Below, in pieces: positions 9,317 to 18,140 of a stretch of DNA of 64,000 nucleotides. Below the pieces are notes generated by a model. That model was not told the origin of the DNA. It worked only from the letters and a program-made list of their open reading frames with translations, and did not search any database. The stretch lies in sequence record OR670491.1. One strand, 5' to 3'. Positions within the stretch are counted from its first letter, which is position 1; each line of letters begins with the position of its first letter. The position numbers and the translations under genes are program-made.

Positions 9317-9844
9317 ATGAGTGAAAAGGATTCTACTCAAACAAATAAACATTCAGTACACTTCAGTACTGGAAAGGATAACTGGACTACACCGAAGGAA
9401 TTATTTGAAGATTTGGATGAAATCTGGGGATTTACATTAGATGCTGCTTGTGTTAAAGAAACAGCACTATGTGAGAAGTACTTCACACCAGAAGATGATG
9501 CACTTTCACAGGATTGGGGTAAGAATATTTGCTGGCTCAACCCACCCTATAGTGATTTGAAAACTTGGTTATCTAAGGCGGTGGATGCATACAATAATGG
9601 TGCAACAGTAATGATACTAGTACCTTCAAGAACTGATACTATTGCATTTCAACAGTACGCAGCTAAGGTATGTGATTGTGTATGTTTCATTAAAGGTAGA
9701 TTGCGTTTTGGTATTCCTGAAGAACCTGAAAAGAAAACTGATTCAGCCCCCTTCCCTAGTTGCTTGATAGTACTGGATAAGTACTTGACTCCCGCTAAAC
9801 TAAATTATCTTAAATCTCTTGGATTGGTGATGAAGAACGTATGA
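9317..9844 (+). CDS. dam: phage DNA N6-adenine methyltransferase (T1/HP1-type Dam family)
   Basis: WTTP..LF..L...WGFTLDAA, WLNPPYS catalytic motif, LVPSRTDT, FIKGRLRF, SAPFPS. Confidence 0.9.
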   Translation: MSEKDSTQTNKHSVHFSTGKDNWTTPKELFEDLDEIWGFTLDAACVKETALCEKYFTPEDDALSQDWGKNICWLNPPYSDLKTWLSKAVDAYNNGATVMILVPSRTDTIAFQQYAAKVCDCVCFIKGRLRFGIPEEPEKKTDSAPFPSCLIVLDKYLTPAKLNYLKSLGLVMKNV

Positions 9845-10380
9845 AAGAAGCTTGTGTAGTAACATTCGGGAGAGTTAACCCGATACATAAAGGACATGGA
9901 TTAGTGTTTGAAAAGGCACAATCCCTACAAGAACAGTACGATGCGGACTTAAAGATCTTCCTAAGTACCAGTACTGATAATGTTAAAAACCCCTTACCAC
10001 CTGAATTGAAAATGTATTACACAGAGGGATTCTATCCTAATGTGCAAGAAAACATTTGCATTGAGGACAATTTATTTGATATAATGAGAGAGTTAGATGG
10101 GAAGTACATGGATGTGTTGTTCATCTGTGGCTCTGACAGGATTAACTCTTTCCAAAAAACTCTTGACAGCTACAATGGTAAGCTGTATAATTTCTGTAAT
10201 ATTAAGGCAATCCAAGCAGGTATTGACCGTAATGTTAGTAAGTACAGTTCAACACAAATGCGTTCCTTTGCTAAGAATGATGACTTCGAAAGCTTCAGTT
10301 CATTTTTACCAGGGAATGATATCGACTTAAAACAAAAACTCTTTGAAGATGTAGTAAAATACATGAGGAAAGAATTATGA
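9841..10380 (+). CDS. cytidyltransferase-like (HIGH-superfamily) nucleotidyltransferase
   Basis: VVTFGRVNPIHKGH, ICGSDR, SSTQMR motifs. Confidence 0.8.
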   Translation: MKEACVVTFGRVNPIHKGHGLVFEKAQSLQEQYDADLKIFLSTSTDNVKNPLPPELKMYYTEGFYPNVQENICIEDNLFDIMRELDGKYMDVLFICGSDRINSFQKTLDSYNGKLYNFCNIKAIQAGIDRNVSKYSSTQMRSFAKNDDFESFSSFLPGNDIDLKQKLFEDVVKYMRKEL

Positions 10381-10667
10381 CAGTACTGTTCAAAACAAGC
10401 CCATTACTATGGGAACAAAATGAAGCAGCAGGATATCGTAAAGTTCATGTAGAGTACGAGGGTAACACTATCCTTGCTTTCGTTGCGAATCGTACTTTCG
10501 GTAAATGGACTTCACTGCTTATCCCAATGGGGTACACTTACAATCGTTCTGAAGTAACTGCTATCTCTAAGCTGTACAATAATGCTCCGGTAATTATGGA
10601 TCTACTTAGTAAAGACGATTTGACACATGAAGATGTGATTAAATTTCTGGCAACCCTGAATGCATGA
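10377..10667 (+). CDS. hypothetical protein
   Basis: ORF with ATGA overlap. Confidence 0.7.
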   Translation: MTVLFKTSPLLWEQNEAAGYRKVHVEYEGNTILAFVANRTFGKWTSLLIPMGYTYNRSEVTAISKLYNNAPVIMDLLSKDDLTHEDVIKFLATLNA

Positions 10668-10938
10668 GATTGAACTAACAGGATACTTTATGCAAGAATC
10701 CATGATAGAAACTTTCCACAATTTCGAGGCACTTGAGAGTACTCAAATGTGGCAGGTAAAATCAATTTTTGGCGTTTTCAGTACAGAACACCAAGAACTA
10801 TTGAATAAGTTATCGAGTACTGGTATACTGTGTACAATAAAGATTGGTGTTCATGTCCACAAAGGGTATGTCATTTATTTTGACAAATCCAGATATTTTT
10901 ATATTGTAAAGGAGCAATACATTGACAAATACAAATAG
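10660..10938 (+). CDS. hypothetical protein
   Basis: 92-aa ORF in operon. Confidence 0.55.
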   Translation: MHEIELTGYFMQESMIETFHNFEALESTQMWQVKSIFGVFSTEHQELLNKLSSTGILCTIKIGVHVHKGYVIYFDKSRYFYIVKEQYIDKYK

Positions 10939-11539
10939 TAATACTTATTTCCGCTACCTACGTCTCGGCCTGTCTCTACGTCCAATTCGTGGTAAATGTG
11001 ATTCTTTAGCGGACTTAGATTACGCTTATGCATTGCATTGTGATGGTGTACAATATGTCCTGGGTGACTTCGGTACGTTTGAAGAAACCAATGACAGTAC
11101 TGAACTAAAGACTGGTATTGATAATCTCAATCTCATTACCAACAGTTCACGTCATGATATTGTTCTTGAAATTCAAAACTTCATTGAACAAAATACTGGT
11201 AAGCGTACTTGGTCATATGTCGGTACTGATACCCAACTCTCTGTAGCGTTCGGTAATGACGAGGGTTATGTAGCCCAACTTATTATGGACTTTGAGAACG
11301 AAGAGAAGTTCCTTGAGTTCAAGGATAAGATTATGCAATCCTTGATTCATATGGGTATTCAAGAAGAGAATATGCCAGAGATTAAAGATATTGAAGAGTT
11401 TGTTTTAATCCCATCTGATGAGAAGTATGATGCGATGTTTACCAATCTCAAAGTTCCAGGAGTTATCGTGGAGTTCTTTGATGATGGTGATGACAGCATT
11501 TACATCGACCTAGATGACGATGGTGACGATGACGAATAA
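10922..11539 (+). CDS. hypothetical protein with acidic tail
   Basis: AAGGAG RBS; ends DLDDDGDDDE. Confidence 0.75.
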   Translation: MTNTNSNTYFRYLRLGLSLRPIRGKCDSLADLDYAYALHCDGVQYVLGDFGTFEETNDSTELKTGIDNLNLITNSSRHDIVLEIQNFIEQNTGKRTWSYVGTDTQLSVAFGNDEGYVAQLIMDFENEEKFLEFKDKIMQSLIHMGIQEENMPEIKDIEEFVLIPSDEKYDAMFTNLKVPGVIVEFFDDGDDSIYIDLDDDGDDDE

Positions 11540-11547
11540 TTTTTATT

Positions 11548-11571
11548 GCCCGATGTATGTCGGGCTTTTTT
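11548..11571 (+). terminator. intrinsic terminator
   Basis: gcccga/tcgggc + T6. Confidence 0.75.
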
Positions 11572-11585
11572 GTAAGGAATGATAT

Positions 11586-11870
11586 ATGAAATCAGAAGAT
11601 ATAGAATTTACATATAGAGTTCTTTATAAAATGTATGCAAATCCAGTTGAAAATGATTTCACTTACTATGAAACACTTAGAACAATATGGATAATTTACT
11701 TACAAAATATTAAAGATTATTTCATAGGAAAACATATAACAATTAATAACATAAAATATAAATGTACTGATGTTACTAGTTATAGTGGGAAACTATCTAT
11801 TGAATTTTATCATCAAAATTCTTTTTATAGAAGATATCTTTCGGAGGTTAATTTGAATGATATTCAGTGA
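11586..11870 (+). CDS. small hypothetical protein (YxGKxV family)
   Basis: EDIEFTY...YFIGKHI. Confidence 0.65.
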   Translation: MKSEDIEFTYRVLYKMYANPVENDFTYYETLRTIWIIYLQNIKDYFIGKHITINNIKYKCTDVTSYSGKLSIEFYHQNSFYRRYLSEVNLNDIQ

Positions 11871-12129
11871 TTTACAATTCACGTATAAATGTATATTCGA
11901 TATTAAAGAGTCAGATAAATTACTTGACAATTTGTGGAGAATGTATCTAGAAGAAATACGTGAATATTTTTCGAAAGATGGTGGCTACACTATTCTTTAC
12001 AATAACGTAAAGATGGAGTACCAATACCTCCATAGTTACAATGGTAGAATTGAGGTTAGATTCTTTTCTAGTCAAATTGGTGGAAGGGACTTTATTTTGG
12101 AAGAATTAGATGAATACGAAACAGTATAA
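11857..12129 (+). CDS. small hypothetical protein (paralog of 11586)
   Basis: SDLQFTYK, SYNGRIE motifs. Confidence 0.65.
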   Translation: MIFSDLQFTYKCIFDIKESDKLLDNLWRMYLEEIREYFSKDGGYTILYNNVKMEYQYLHSYNGRIEVRFFSSQIGGRDFILEELDEYETV

Positions 12130-12415
12130 AGACTGGCAATTCATATACAGATATTTGTACCGCCAGCACATCGATAGTATAGTTGAGAATGACGCATTTC
12201 GAATATTATGGCGTAGGGAGTTAGAAAAGCTTCGTTCACATTTCGTGGATTCTATATTCACACAAGATGGTCACATTTTCAAATGCGTTAGTGAGTACAA
12301 CATTCACTCATATGATGGTAACGTTGCTATAAGTTTTCATAAAATAACTGACGTTGATGATGGAAGAACATATACATACGAGATGACAAAATTACCGGAG
12401 AATCTTAAAACATGA
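12110..12415 (+). CDS. small hypothetical protein (paralog of 11586)
   Basis: KDWQFIYR, SYDGNVAI motifs. Confidence 0.65.
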   Translation: MNTKQYKDWQFIYRYLYRQHIDSIVENDAFRILWRRELEKLRSHFVDSIFTQDGHIFKCVSEYNIHSYDGNVAISFHKITDVDDGRTYTYEMTKLPENLKT

Positions 12416-12612
12416 TACACTGTCCACATTGTAACAGTACTCAAATCGCTCGCTTCCGTCTTGATTCAGACTGGGCTAGTGGTGCTGGTGATTTCTTTCC
12501 CGTCAATGATGATGCGGAATATACTGAAGAACAACATAAAGATTTTGATAAATCATGGCGACCTGATATTGAATGCTTTTACTGCCTAGCGTGTGGTCGT
12601 ATCCATGACTAG
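12412..12612 (+). CDS. small zinc-ribbon protein
   Basis: CPHC...CLAC. Confidence 0.65.
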   Translation: MIHCPHCNSTQIARFRLDSDWASGAGDFFPVNDDAEYTEEQHKDFDKSWRPDIECFYCLACGRIHD

Positions 12613-12838
12613 AGGTGAATTAGCCAGACGTACATTATCTATGCTTAAAGACTTCAACCACCAAAAAACAACTGAATATTACATTTCAACTTTACTTGAT
12701 TATTACTACCAGAGAAAAGTAATCCTGGGTCGTCATGAATTCACAGTGCTACACATGTACAGCAATGGTTTAGTATCTGTTAAAAATGAAACTTATGGTA
12801 CACAAATTTTAGCATTAAACATTCTTGGAGATATATAA
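12605..12838 (+). CDS. small hypothetical protein
   Basis: ATG at 12605 overlaps the upstream stop. Confidence 0.55.
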   Translation: MTRGELARRTLSMLKDFNHQKTTEYYISTLLDYYYQRKVILGRHEFTVLHMYSNGLVSVKNETYGTQILALNILGDI

Positions 12839-13015
12839 ATGAGTAATAAACTATTCTTTTTCCTATGGAGTCTGTTCTCTCTTACAGTACTGTCAATTGC
12901 AGGTGCTTATTTGTTTTTAAGCATGGATACATGGTATATCAATTTACTATGTCCATTTGTTGCAGTTGGATTTGGATTTACTTTACATAGTGTAATTAAA
13001 GACTTTAAAGAATGA
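12839..13015 (+). CDS. small membrane protein (not in ORF track)
   Basis: GGAG RBS; MSNKLFFFLWSLFSLTVLSIAGAYLFL..., two hydrophobic stretches. Confidence 0.6.
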   Translation: MSNKLFFFLWSLFSLTVLSIAGAYLFLSMDTWYINLLCPFVAVGFGFTLHSVIKDFKE

Positions 13016-13302
13016 ATACAGAATCCAGTACTAAACTGCTACTAAAAGACATAGAATTCACTACAAAGGTTTTATATGAGTACTGGTCAGACAAAATTTT
13101 AGTTCAGTGTAATTCTGCTATGACAGATTTATATTTCAATACAGTTGATATTTTTAGAAATGAATTAATGCACAAACCTGTATTGTACAGGAATGAAGAG
13201 TACCAAATAGCTGCTGTTTCAACCAGTGCAGGAATGCTATTCTTGGATATTGAAAATTATAATTCATTTAGACCTGATGTACATTGGAAAACTTTAAGAT
13301 GA
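13012..13302 (+). CDS. small hypothetical protein
   Basis: KDIEFTTK motif shared with 11586. Confidence 0.6.
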   Translation: MNTESSTKLLLKDIEFTTKVLYEYWSDKILVQCNSAMTDLYFNTVDIFRNELMHKPVLYRNEEYQIAAVSTSAGMLFLDIENYNSFRPDVHWKTLR

Positions 13303-13553
13303 ATCACAAACTAATTAATAATACAGCTACTATGCTTGCAGATAGTACGTATGAAATGGGGTTTGTCTCTAGGGCAATAGTAAAGCGTGAATTTCGAGAG
13401 AATATTCAGACATTGTATCAAGAAAAATATCCAAATGTTATTGACATATTGTTCACCTTTGATATACGTGTTTGCTTTACTAATTGCAGAAATCACCGTG
13501 AGCACTGCCCTTTGGATAAATTTGATATCTATTTCTCTACACCAGAGGTTTAA
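13299..13553 (+). CDS. small hypothetical protein
   Basis: ATGA overlap; similar to 13554. Confidence 0.55.
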   Translation: MNHKLINNTATMLADSTYEMGFVSRAIVKREFRENIQTLYQEKYPNVIDILFTFDIRVCFTNCRNHREHCPLDKFDIYFSTPEV

Positions 13554-13832
13554 ATGACTCAACTTATTAACTGCAATCTTACCCAGCATACTATGAGTAT
13601 GCTTCATAAAAGCCTCCATGAAGAAAATATGAACATACAGAATGATTTGAGAATGAAGATAAAAAATGATCTCAATCGAATAATCAATATGTATTACAAG
13701 ACTAAACACAGTTCTATAATTAGTACATATTATGATTATGACCGCATTCGTGTTTCATACATCAACCGTAGCGGTAGTTTATGTGAGTCATACCTTGATA
13801 CTGTTATTGTTGAAAATATCCGTACAATTTAG
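13554..13832 (+). CDS. small hypothetical protein
   Basis: GAGG RBS; LINCNLT echoes LINNTAT of 13299. Confidence 0.6.
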   Translation: MTQLINCNLTQHTMSMLHKSLHEENMNIQNDLRMKIKNDLNRIINMYYKTKHSSIISTYYDYDRIRVSYINRSGSLCESYLDTVIVENIRTI

Positions 13833-13834
13833 TC

Positions 13835-13862
13835 TGAACAAAATCTCAAGAAGTGATATAAT
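13835..13862 (+). promoter_or_regulatory. early promoter
   Basis: TGAACA-16-TATAAT with TGn. Confidence 0.55.
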
Positions 13863-13893
13863 AGTTGGTATGGAATAATAACTAACACAAGGA

Positions 13894-14631
13894 GTGTGTA
13901 AAGTGCTTGACCGTATCCGTTTTGCGACAGAGATCGCTAATCAAATGAATATTGCAAATTTTCAAATGCTCACATCTGTTATGGCTGAACATGCAACAGC
14001 GTATTCAGTAAGTGGTGTTCAGTGTGGACAAGAAAACCTTTTGGCTGATGTTTACAGTGAAGTCCAAAGTAAACAGTACAGCGTTAAAACATTCAGAGAT
14101 AAGTTTGTTAGTCTCTATATGAATGAAGATATTAAAGAAGACCGTAAATTCACGGACTTTATTATCGAACGAAGAGTGTCGGGAGTATCAAATCCTAATG
14201 CAGATAGTGATTCTGTATTTGCTGAAGTACTGAAAGATATATACGAAAATGAAGCTAAAAGTCTTAATCATTACAATGTACGTGAAACTAACACAGTGCT
14301 CTTGGGATATGATGAAGATGACCAGTACTACTATTTTCGTATGACCGAAGTACCATTTGAGTACCCTACACCACAAAGCACTTCAATTAAAGAGTTCACC
14401 GAGAAAAGTAAAAACTTCAAAATGCACGAAGGAAATCGTTGCAGTGTAGAAGGTTATGATGAAAACGGCACACATGTCTATAGCTGGGTCCACCCTAACT
14501 GTCAGACATATACTCGTTGCTTAAAGAAACGTTATAATCTTGAAGAACATGAATCTTTTTACTTTAAAGTTAAAAAACAAGAATACAATCGCCCTGCTGA
14601 CTCTGAGCTAATGGGAATGATTTACTTCTAA
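13894..14631 (+). CDS. hypothetical protein
   Basis: AAGGAG RBS, GTG start, 245 aa. Confidence 0.75.
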   Translation: MCKVLDRIRFATEIANQMNIANFQMLTSVMAEHATAYSVSGVQCGQENLLADVYSEVQSKQYSVKTFRDKFVSLYMNEDIKEDRKFTDFIIERRVSGVSNPNADSDSVFAEVLKDIYENEAKSLNHYNVRETNTVLLGYDEDDQYYYFRMTEVPFEYPTPQSTSIKEFTEKSKNFKMHEGNRCSVEGYDENGTHVYSWVHPNCQTYTRCLKKRYNLEEHESFYFKVKKQEYNRPADSELMGMIYF

Positions 14632-14641
14632 GGACTATAGT

Positions 14642-14914
14642 ATGATAAATGATGAATTGAAGCGTGATTTATGGACGTATGATTATCTGGTTGATTTGGA
14701 TTGTGGTTGGAAATATAACTATGTAACACATGCTATACTATCTGATCACAGTATTAAGATATATAACACGTACCATAAGAAGCCAATTCATCACTATGGA
14801 ATGAATAAGTCTGGAATAATTGATGACATTGAATTTGACGTATTTGGTGTATACATACACGTTTCCTTCCTTGATGGTACACAGGGTTTATACACTATAG
14901 ATGAAATGAATTAA
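14642..14914 (+). CDS. hypothetical protein
   Basis: AAGGA RBS. Confidence 0.6.
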   Translation: MINDELKRDLWTYDYLVDLDCGWKYNYVTHAILSDHSIKIYNTYHKKPIHHYGMNKSGIIDDIEFDVFGVYIHVSFLDGTQGLYTIDEMN

Positions 14915-14915
14915 T

Positions 14916-14940
14916 GACCAGCACTGTGCTGGTCTTTTTT
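14916..14940 (+). terminator. intrinsic terminator
   Basis: gaccagca/tgctggtc + T6. Confidence 0.75.
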
Positions 14941-14953
14941 GTAGGAATACATA

Positions 14954-15643
14954 ATGATTAAAGATATAGATAAAGTACTGTTTGTACTAAAAGGTATAGT
15001 CACTTTGTATCGTGATATTACAAATATGCAATCCACCTTTGGATTAAAAGACATGGAAACTGAATATACACATTTGGAATACCTTAAATCGTCCCTATGT
15101 ACCGAGGATTCGGAGTACTCAATTCATCCAGTACTGGTAGAGCCATTTCAGGGTACTGGGTTCGGTATTTTCGATAAGAACATGGAACTAATTTCGATGT
15201 TCAGAGTTATGGACGGTCTTATCAACAGAACAGTACTATACAGTACGTGGGCTAACATAAATCCAAAATATCCAACGATTAAAGCCTTTGATGGTTCCCA
15301 AAAAGAAATAACCGTCGATGTTGATGAGAACATGACAGAGGAAGAACACTTCCAGACTTTAATGTTCAGGCAAATGCCAGAGTATAAACATATGATTGAT
15401 GCAATCAATTATACTAAAGAGATACTTCCTGCACTTGAAGTAAACAAATTCATGCACCCTGTTGATTACAATCACTTGAACTTAGATTTATCTAATACAC
15501 ACTTCTCTGAAAAGGTATTACAGTGTATTCAAAATGATACTAAGTTTGATTTCCTAAAAATACTAAAAGAAAATCCAAGAACAGATTTCTTTAAAGAATA
15601 TAATAATTCGTTCAGTACTGGCGATACTTCATGGTGGAAATAA
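14954..15643 (+). CDS. hypothetical protein, FQxS-motif family
   Basis: MTEEEHFQTLM. Confidence 0.7.
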   Translation: MIKDIDKVLFVLKGIVTLYRDITNMQSTFGLKDMETEYTHLEYLKSSLCTEDSEYSIHPVLVEPFQGTGFGIFDKNMELISMFRVMDGLINRTVLYSTWANINPKYPTIKAFDGSQKEITVDVDENMTEEEHFQTLMFRQMPEYKHMIDAINYTKEILPALEVNKFMHPVDYNHLNLDLSNTHFSEKVLQCIQNDTKFDFLKILKENPRTDFFKEYNNSFSTGDTSWWK

Positions 15644-15906
15644 TGGACATACAATCTCAATTACAATTGTTAACAGTACTTGAAGATGCGGCGTTTCAGG
15701 TTGTATCAGATATAAACAAATTACTCCCACCTGGAACTAAAGTACGTGTTAGAGAGAAGAGTTATAATACTTTCGAAATAGTTGAACAGGAATTAACTGT
15801 AAAAAAAGTAACTTATTATGACTCAACATTATGTATTCAGTGCGAAGATAAAGACGAGATGTTATTGTATTATAATCAACACACAGATATAGAGGTAATA
15901 TCATGA
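15631..15906 (+). CDS. small hypothetical protein
   Basis: ORF in operon; start may be 15643. Confidence 0.6.
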   Translation: MVEIMDIQSQLQLLTVLEDAAFQVVSDINKLLPPGTKVRVREKSYNTFEIVEQELTVKKVTYYDSTLCIQCEDKDEMLLYYNQHTDIEVIS

Positions 15907-17045
15907 CACATTTACAAATATACGAAGACCTAATGCACTTGTGCAAAACAAATGAAGCATTTTTTTATGTTGATCATAAAAGTCCGGCTGGTGGTACATA
16001 CCGTGTATTCACCTATCGTCTGGCTTCTTACACAGATTTCAGTCTTCCTAATGCACTGGAAACACGTGGTTCTATGTGGGAGATTGATGAAGATGGTGAA
16101 ATGATTCGTTGTGCTTCGCGTGCAATGAAAAAGTTCTTCAATGCTTACGAGAACCCATTTACAATGTTCAGTCCAGATACAACATGCGATGATATTGCTA
16201 TCGTGATGCCTAAACTGGATGGTTCAATCATCAGTACATTTCGTGATAATGATGGTGAAATCCGTTGTAAATCACATACTTCCTTGTCATCTGACCACGC
16301 AATTAACAGTACTCGACTATTGAACGAGAACCGTAATTTGTATGATTATGTAGACGAAGCTGAACGTTTAGGTTATACTGTGAATCTGGAGTATACAAGT
16401 CCAGAGTACCGAATAGTATTACCATATCAAGTAGAACAGTTATTTGTACTTAATGTTCGTCATCGATTGAGTGGTGAGTTGTTATGCGGTGCTGCATTAC
16501 GTTCGAAGTTCCCTTGTTTAGCACAATACAGTACTAACATGACAGGTAATAACATCTGTTCATCGTTTCCGGTGCGTTCTACCTTCAAAGAAAGTGTAGA
16601 TGAAGTACGTAAAATGGTTGACATTGAAGGATTTGTGTGTATCCTAAATAATGGTACAATGTGCAAATTGAAAACTGATTGGTATTGTTCATTGCATCTT
16701 ACAAAAGACAGTATTCTTATACCGTCACATTTGTACGAAACTGTACTCAATGATGCCAGTGATGACCTGAAACAATTGTTCAGTACTGATGAATATGCAA
16801 TGCAGTTGATATTAAAAATGGAACAGCGTGTCTTTTCATGCTATAATGCTTTACAAGATGAAGTAGAGAGCTTCGTCCAACAATACAAGCACTTGGAGCG
16901 AAAGGAATTCGCAATGAAGGTTCAGGAATGTCTTAAGAATGAACTGAACCGTCAGGGCTTGGCCTTTGCGTTGTACAACGGTAAAGTGGTGAATTATAAA
17001 GAAACTTTATTGAAGTACTACAAAGATGTACTAAAGGATTTTTAG
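15903..17045 (+). CDS. rnlA: RNA ligase 1 (T4 Rnl1/gp63-like)
   Basis: ETRG, KKFFN, adenylation motif PKLDGS, NLEYTSP, EGFV, KLKTDWY. Confidence 0.92.
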   Translation: MTHLQIYEDLMHLCKTNEAFFYVDHKSPAGGTYRVFTYRLASYTDFSLPNALETRGSMWEIDEDGEMIRCASRAMKKFFNAYENPFTMFSPDTTCDDIAIVMPKLDGSIISTFRDNDGEIRCKSHTSLSSDHAINSTRLLNENRNLYDYVDEAERLGYTVNLEYTSPEYRIVLPYQVEQLFVLNVRHRLSGELLCGAALRSKFPCLAQYSTNMTGNNICSSFPVRSTFKESVDEVRKMVDIEGFVCILNNGTMCKLKTDWYCSLHLTKDSILIPSHLYETVLNDASDDLKQLFSTDEYAMQLILKMEQRVFSCYNALQDEVESFVQQYKHLERKEFAMKVQECLKNELNRQGLAFALYNGKVVNYKETLLKYYKDVLKDF

Positions 17046-17071
17046 TACTAACTAGCCTAGCACAAGGAGAA

Positions 17072-17329
17072 GTGATGGCTAAACCTAAGTATAAAAATGA
17101 CGGTTCCCTTTCTCCGACCGAGTTCAGGAAAATACAACAAGATATCGATGAATTACAGCACAAACGCTCAAAGAAAGGTGTGAAGATTAGTAAGAAAAGA
17201 ATCGAGAATACTTTTGGGTGTAGTAGTACTGAATACAAGAAGAAGAGGAAACCAAAAGACGTGAAACCGAGAATACATGATGTGTCTCGACATACGTCTA
17301 AACGTGAAAACAAATTCGATCCACTATAA
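17072..17329 (+). CDS. small basic hypothetical protein
   Basis: AAGGAG RBS; Lys/Arg-rich. Confidence 0.65.
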   Translation: MMAKPKYKNDGSLSPTEFRKIQQDIDELQHKRSKKGVKISKKRIENTFGCSSTEYKKKRKPKDVKPRIHDVSRHTSKRENKFDPL

Positions 17330-17338
17330 GGAGTTCAT

Positions 17339-17569
17339 ATGAAAGTTGAAGTTCAGCATAGTATTGTACAAGATATGTCCGTTGTGAAATTTCTATCATT
17401 GAAAGATTATTTCAGATGCATCAAGTTCCTAGAAGAATCGAAACTACAGTGGACACCGTTGAAGTACAGTTCATCCAATGATACAGCCAGTATTCGTTGT
17501 GATGAATCTGTGCTTGTGAAAATCTCTAAGAGATTTGGGGTAGGTAAAGTTAATGAGCACAGTAAGTGA
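17339..17569 (+). CDS. hypothetical protein
   Basis: AAGGAG RBS. Confidence 0.6.
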   Translation: MKVEVQHSIVQDMSVVKFLSLKDYFRCIKFLEESKLQWTPLKYSSSNDTASIRCDESVLVKISKRFGVGKVNEHSK

Positions 17570-17807
17570 TCTAAAATACTACAACAAAACTGCGGATACG
17601 TTTATTACTCATTTATATGAAGAATTTAGTCGTATCCGCACGGAATATACAGGTAAATGTATTTTTTATTGTTCTTATCATAGTGGCGAAATTGAACGTG
17701 CTTACATTACTAAAGTGAAGTTCAGTGATGACTATCAATTACTCTTTGAATTAGATAATTGTTTCGTTATTGAAGCTAGTTTGATAATGGATGTACTGGA
17801 TAATTGA
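17553..17807 (+). CDS. small hypothetical protein (YxGK family)
   Basis: SDLKYY...EYTGKCIF. Confidence 0.6.
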   Translation: MSTVSDLKYYNKTADTFITHLYEEFSRIRTEYTGKCIFYCSYHSGEIERAYITKVKFSDDYQLLFELDNCFVIEASLIMDVLDN

Positions 17808-17813
17808 GGACAT

Positions 17814-18128
17814 ATGAATAAAGAACTTGCACATGAAGGTATCGAAAAGTTAAAGTACATTGAAAGGGAACTAATAGAATCCGTCGAATCTTTGATAGAA
17901 GATTACGTTTTCGATTTTAAGAAAACATTGATTGGATGTAAAGTAAAATGCTGGGATCATACAATCAGAGAATGGTTCAGTACTATTATTCTTGATGTTA
18001 AAGTATCTCGTACTGCTATTGGTAACTTAGTAAATGGTGAATGCTTTGTATACACTGAATACAATAACGGAACACGTCACCTTTCAAGAGGATGGCACAG
18101 ACTCGAAGATGTAAAATTTATCGAGTAA
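17814..18128 (+). CDS. small hypothetical protein
   Basis: GAGGA RBS; LIGCKVKC. Confidence 0.65.
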   Translation: MNKELAHEGIEKLKYIERELIESVESLIEDYVFDFKKTLIGCKVKCWDHTIREWFSTIILDVKVSRTAIGNLVNGECFVYTEYNNGTRHLSRGWHRLEDVKFIE

Positions 18129-18140
18129 TAAGGAGTAATA

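Noticed and set aside
16933-17313. Antisense and alternate-frame ORFs (for example 16933-17313, 20963-21364, 26057-26599, 33218-33526, 46289-46609)
   Set aside because: They are shadows of well-supported genes, without RBS or recognisable motifs.
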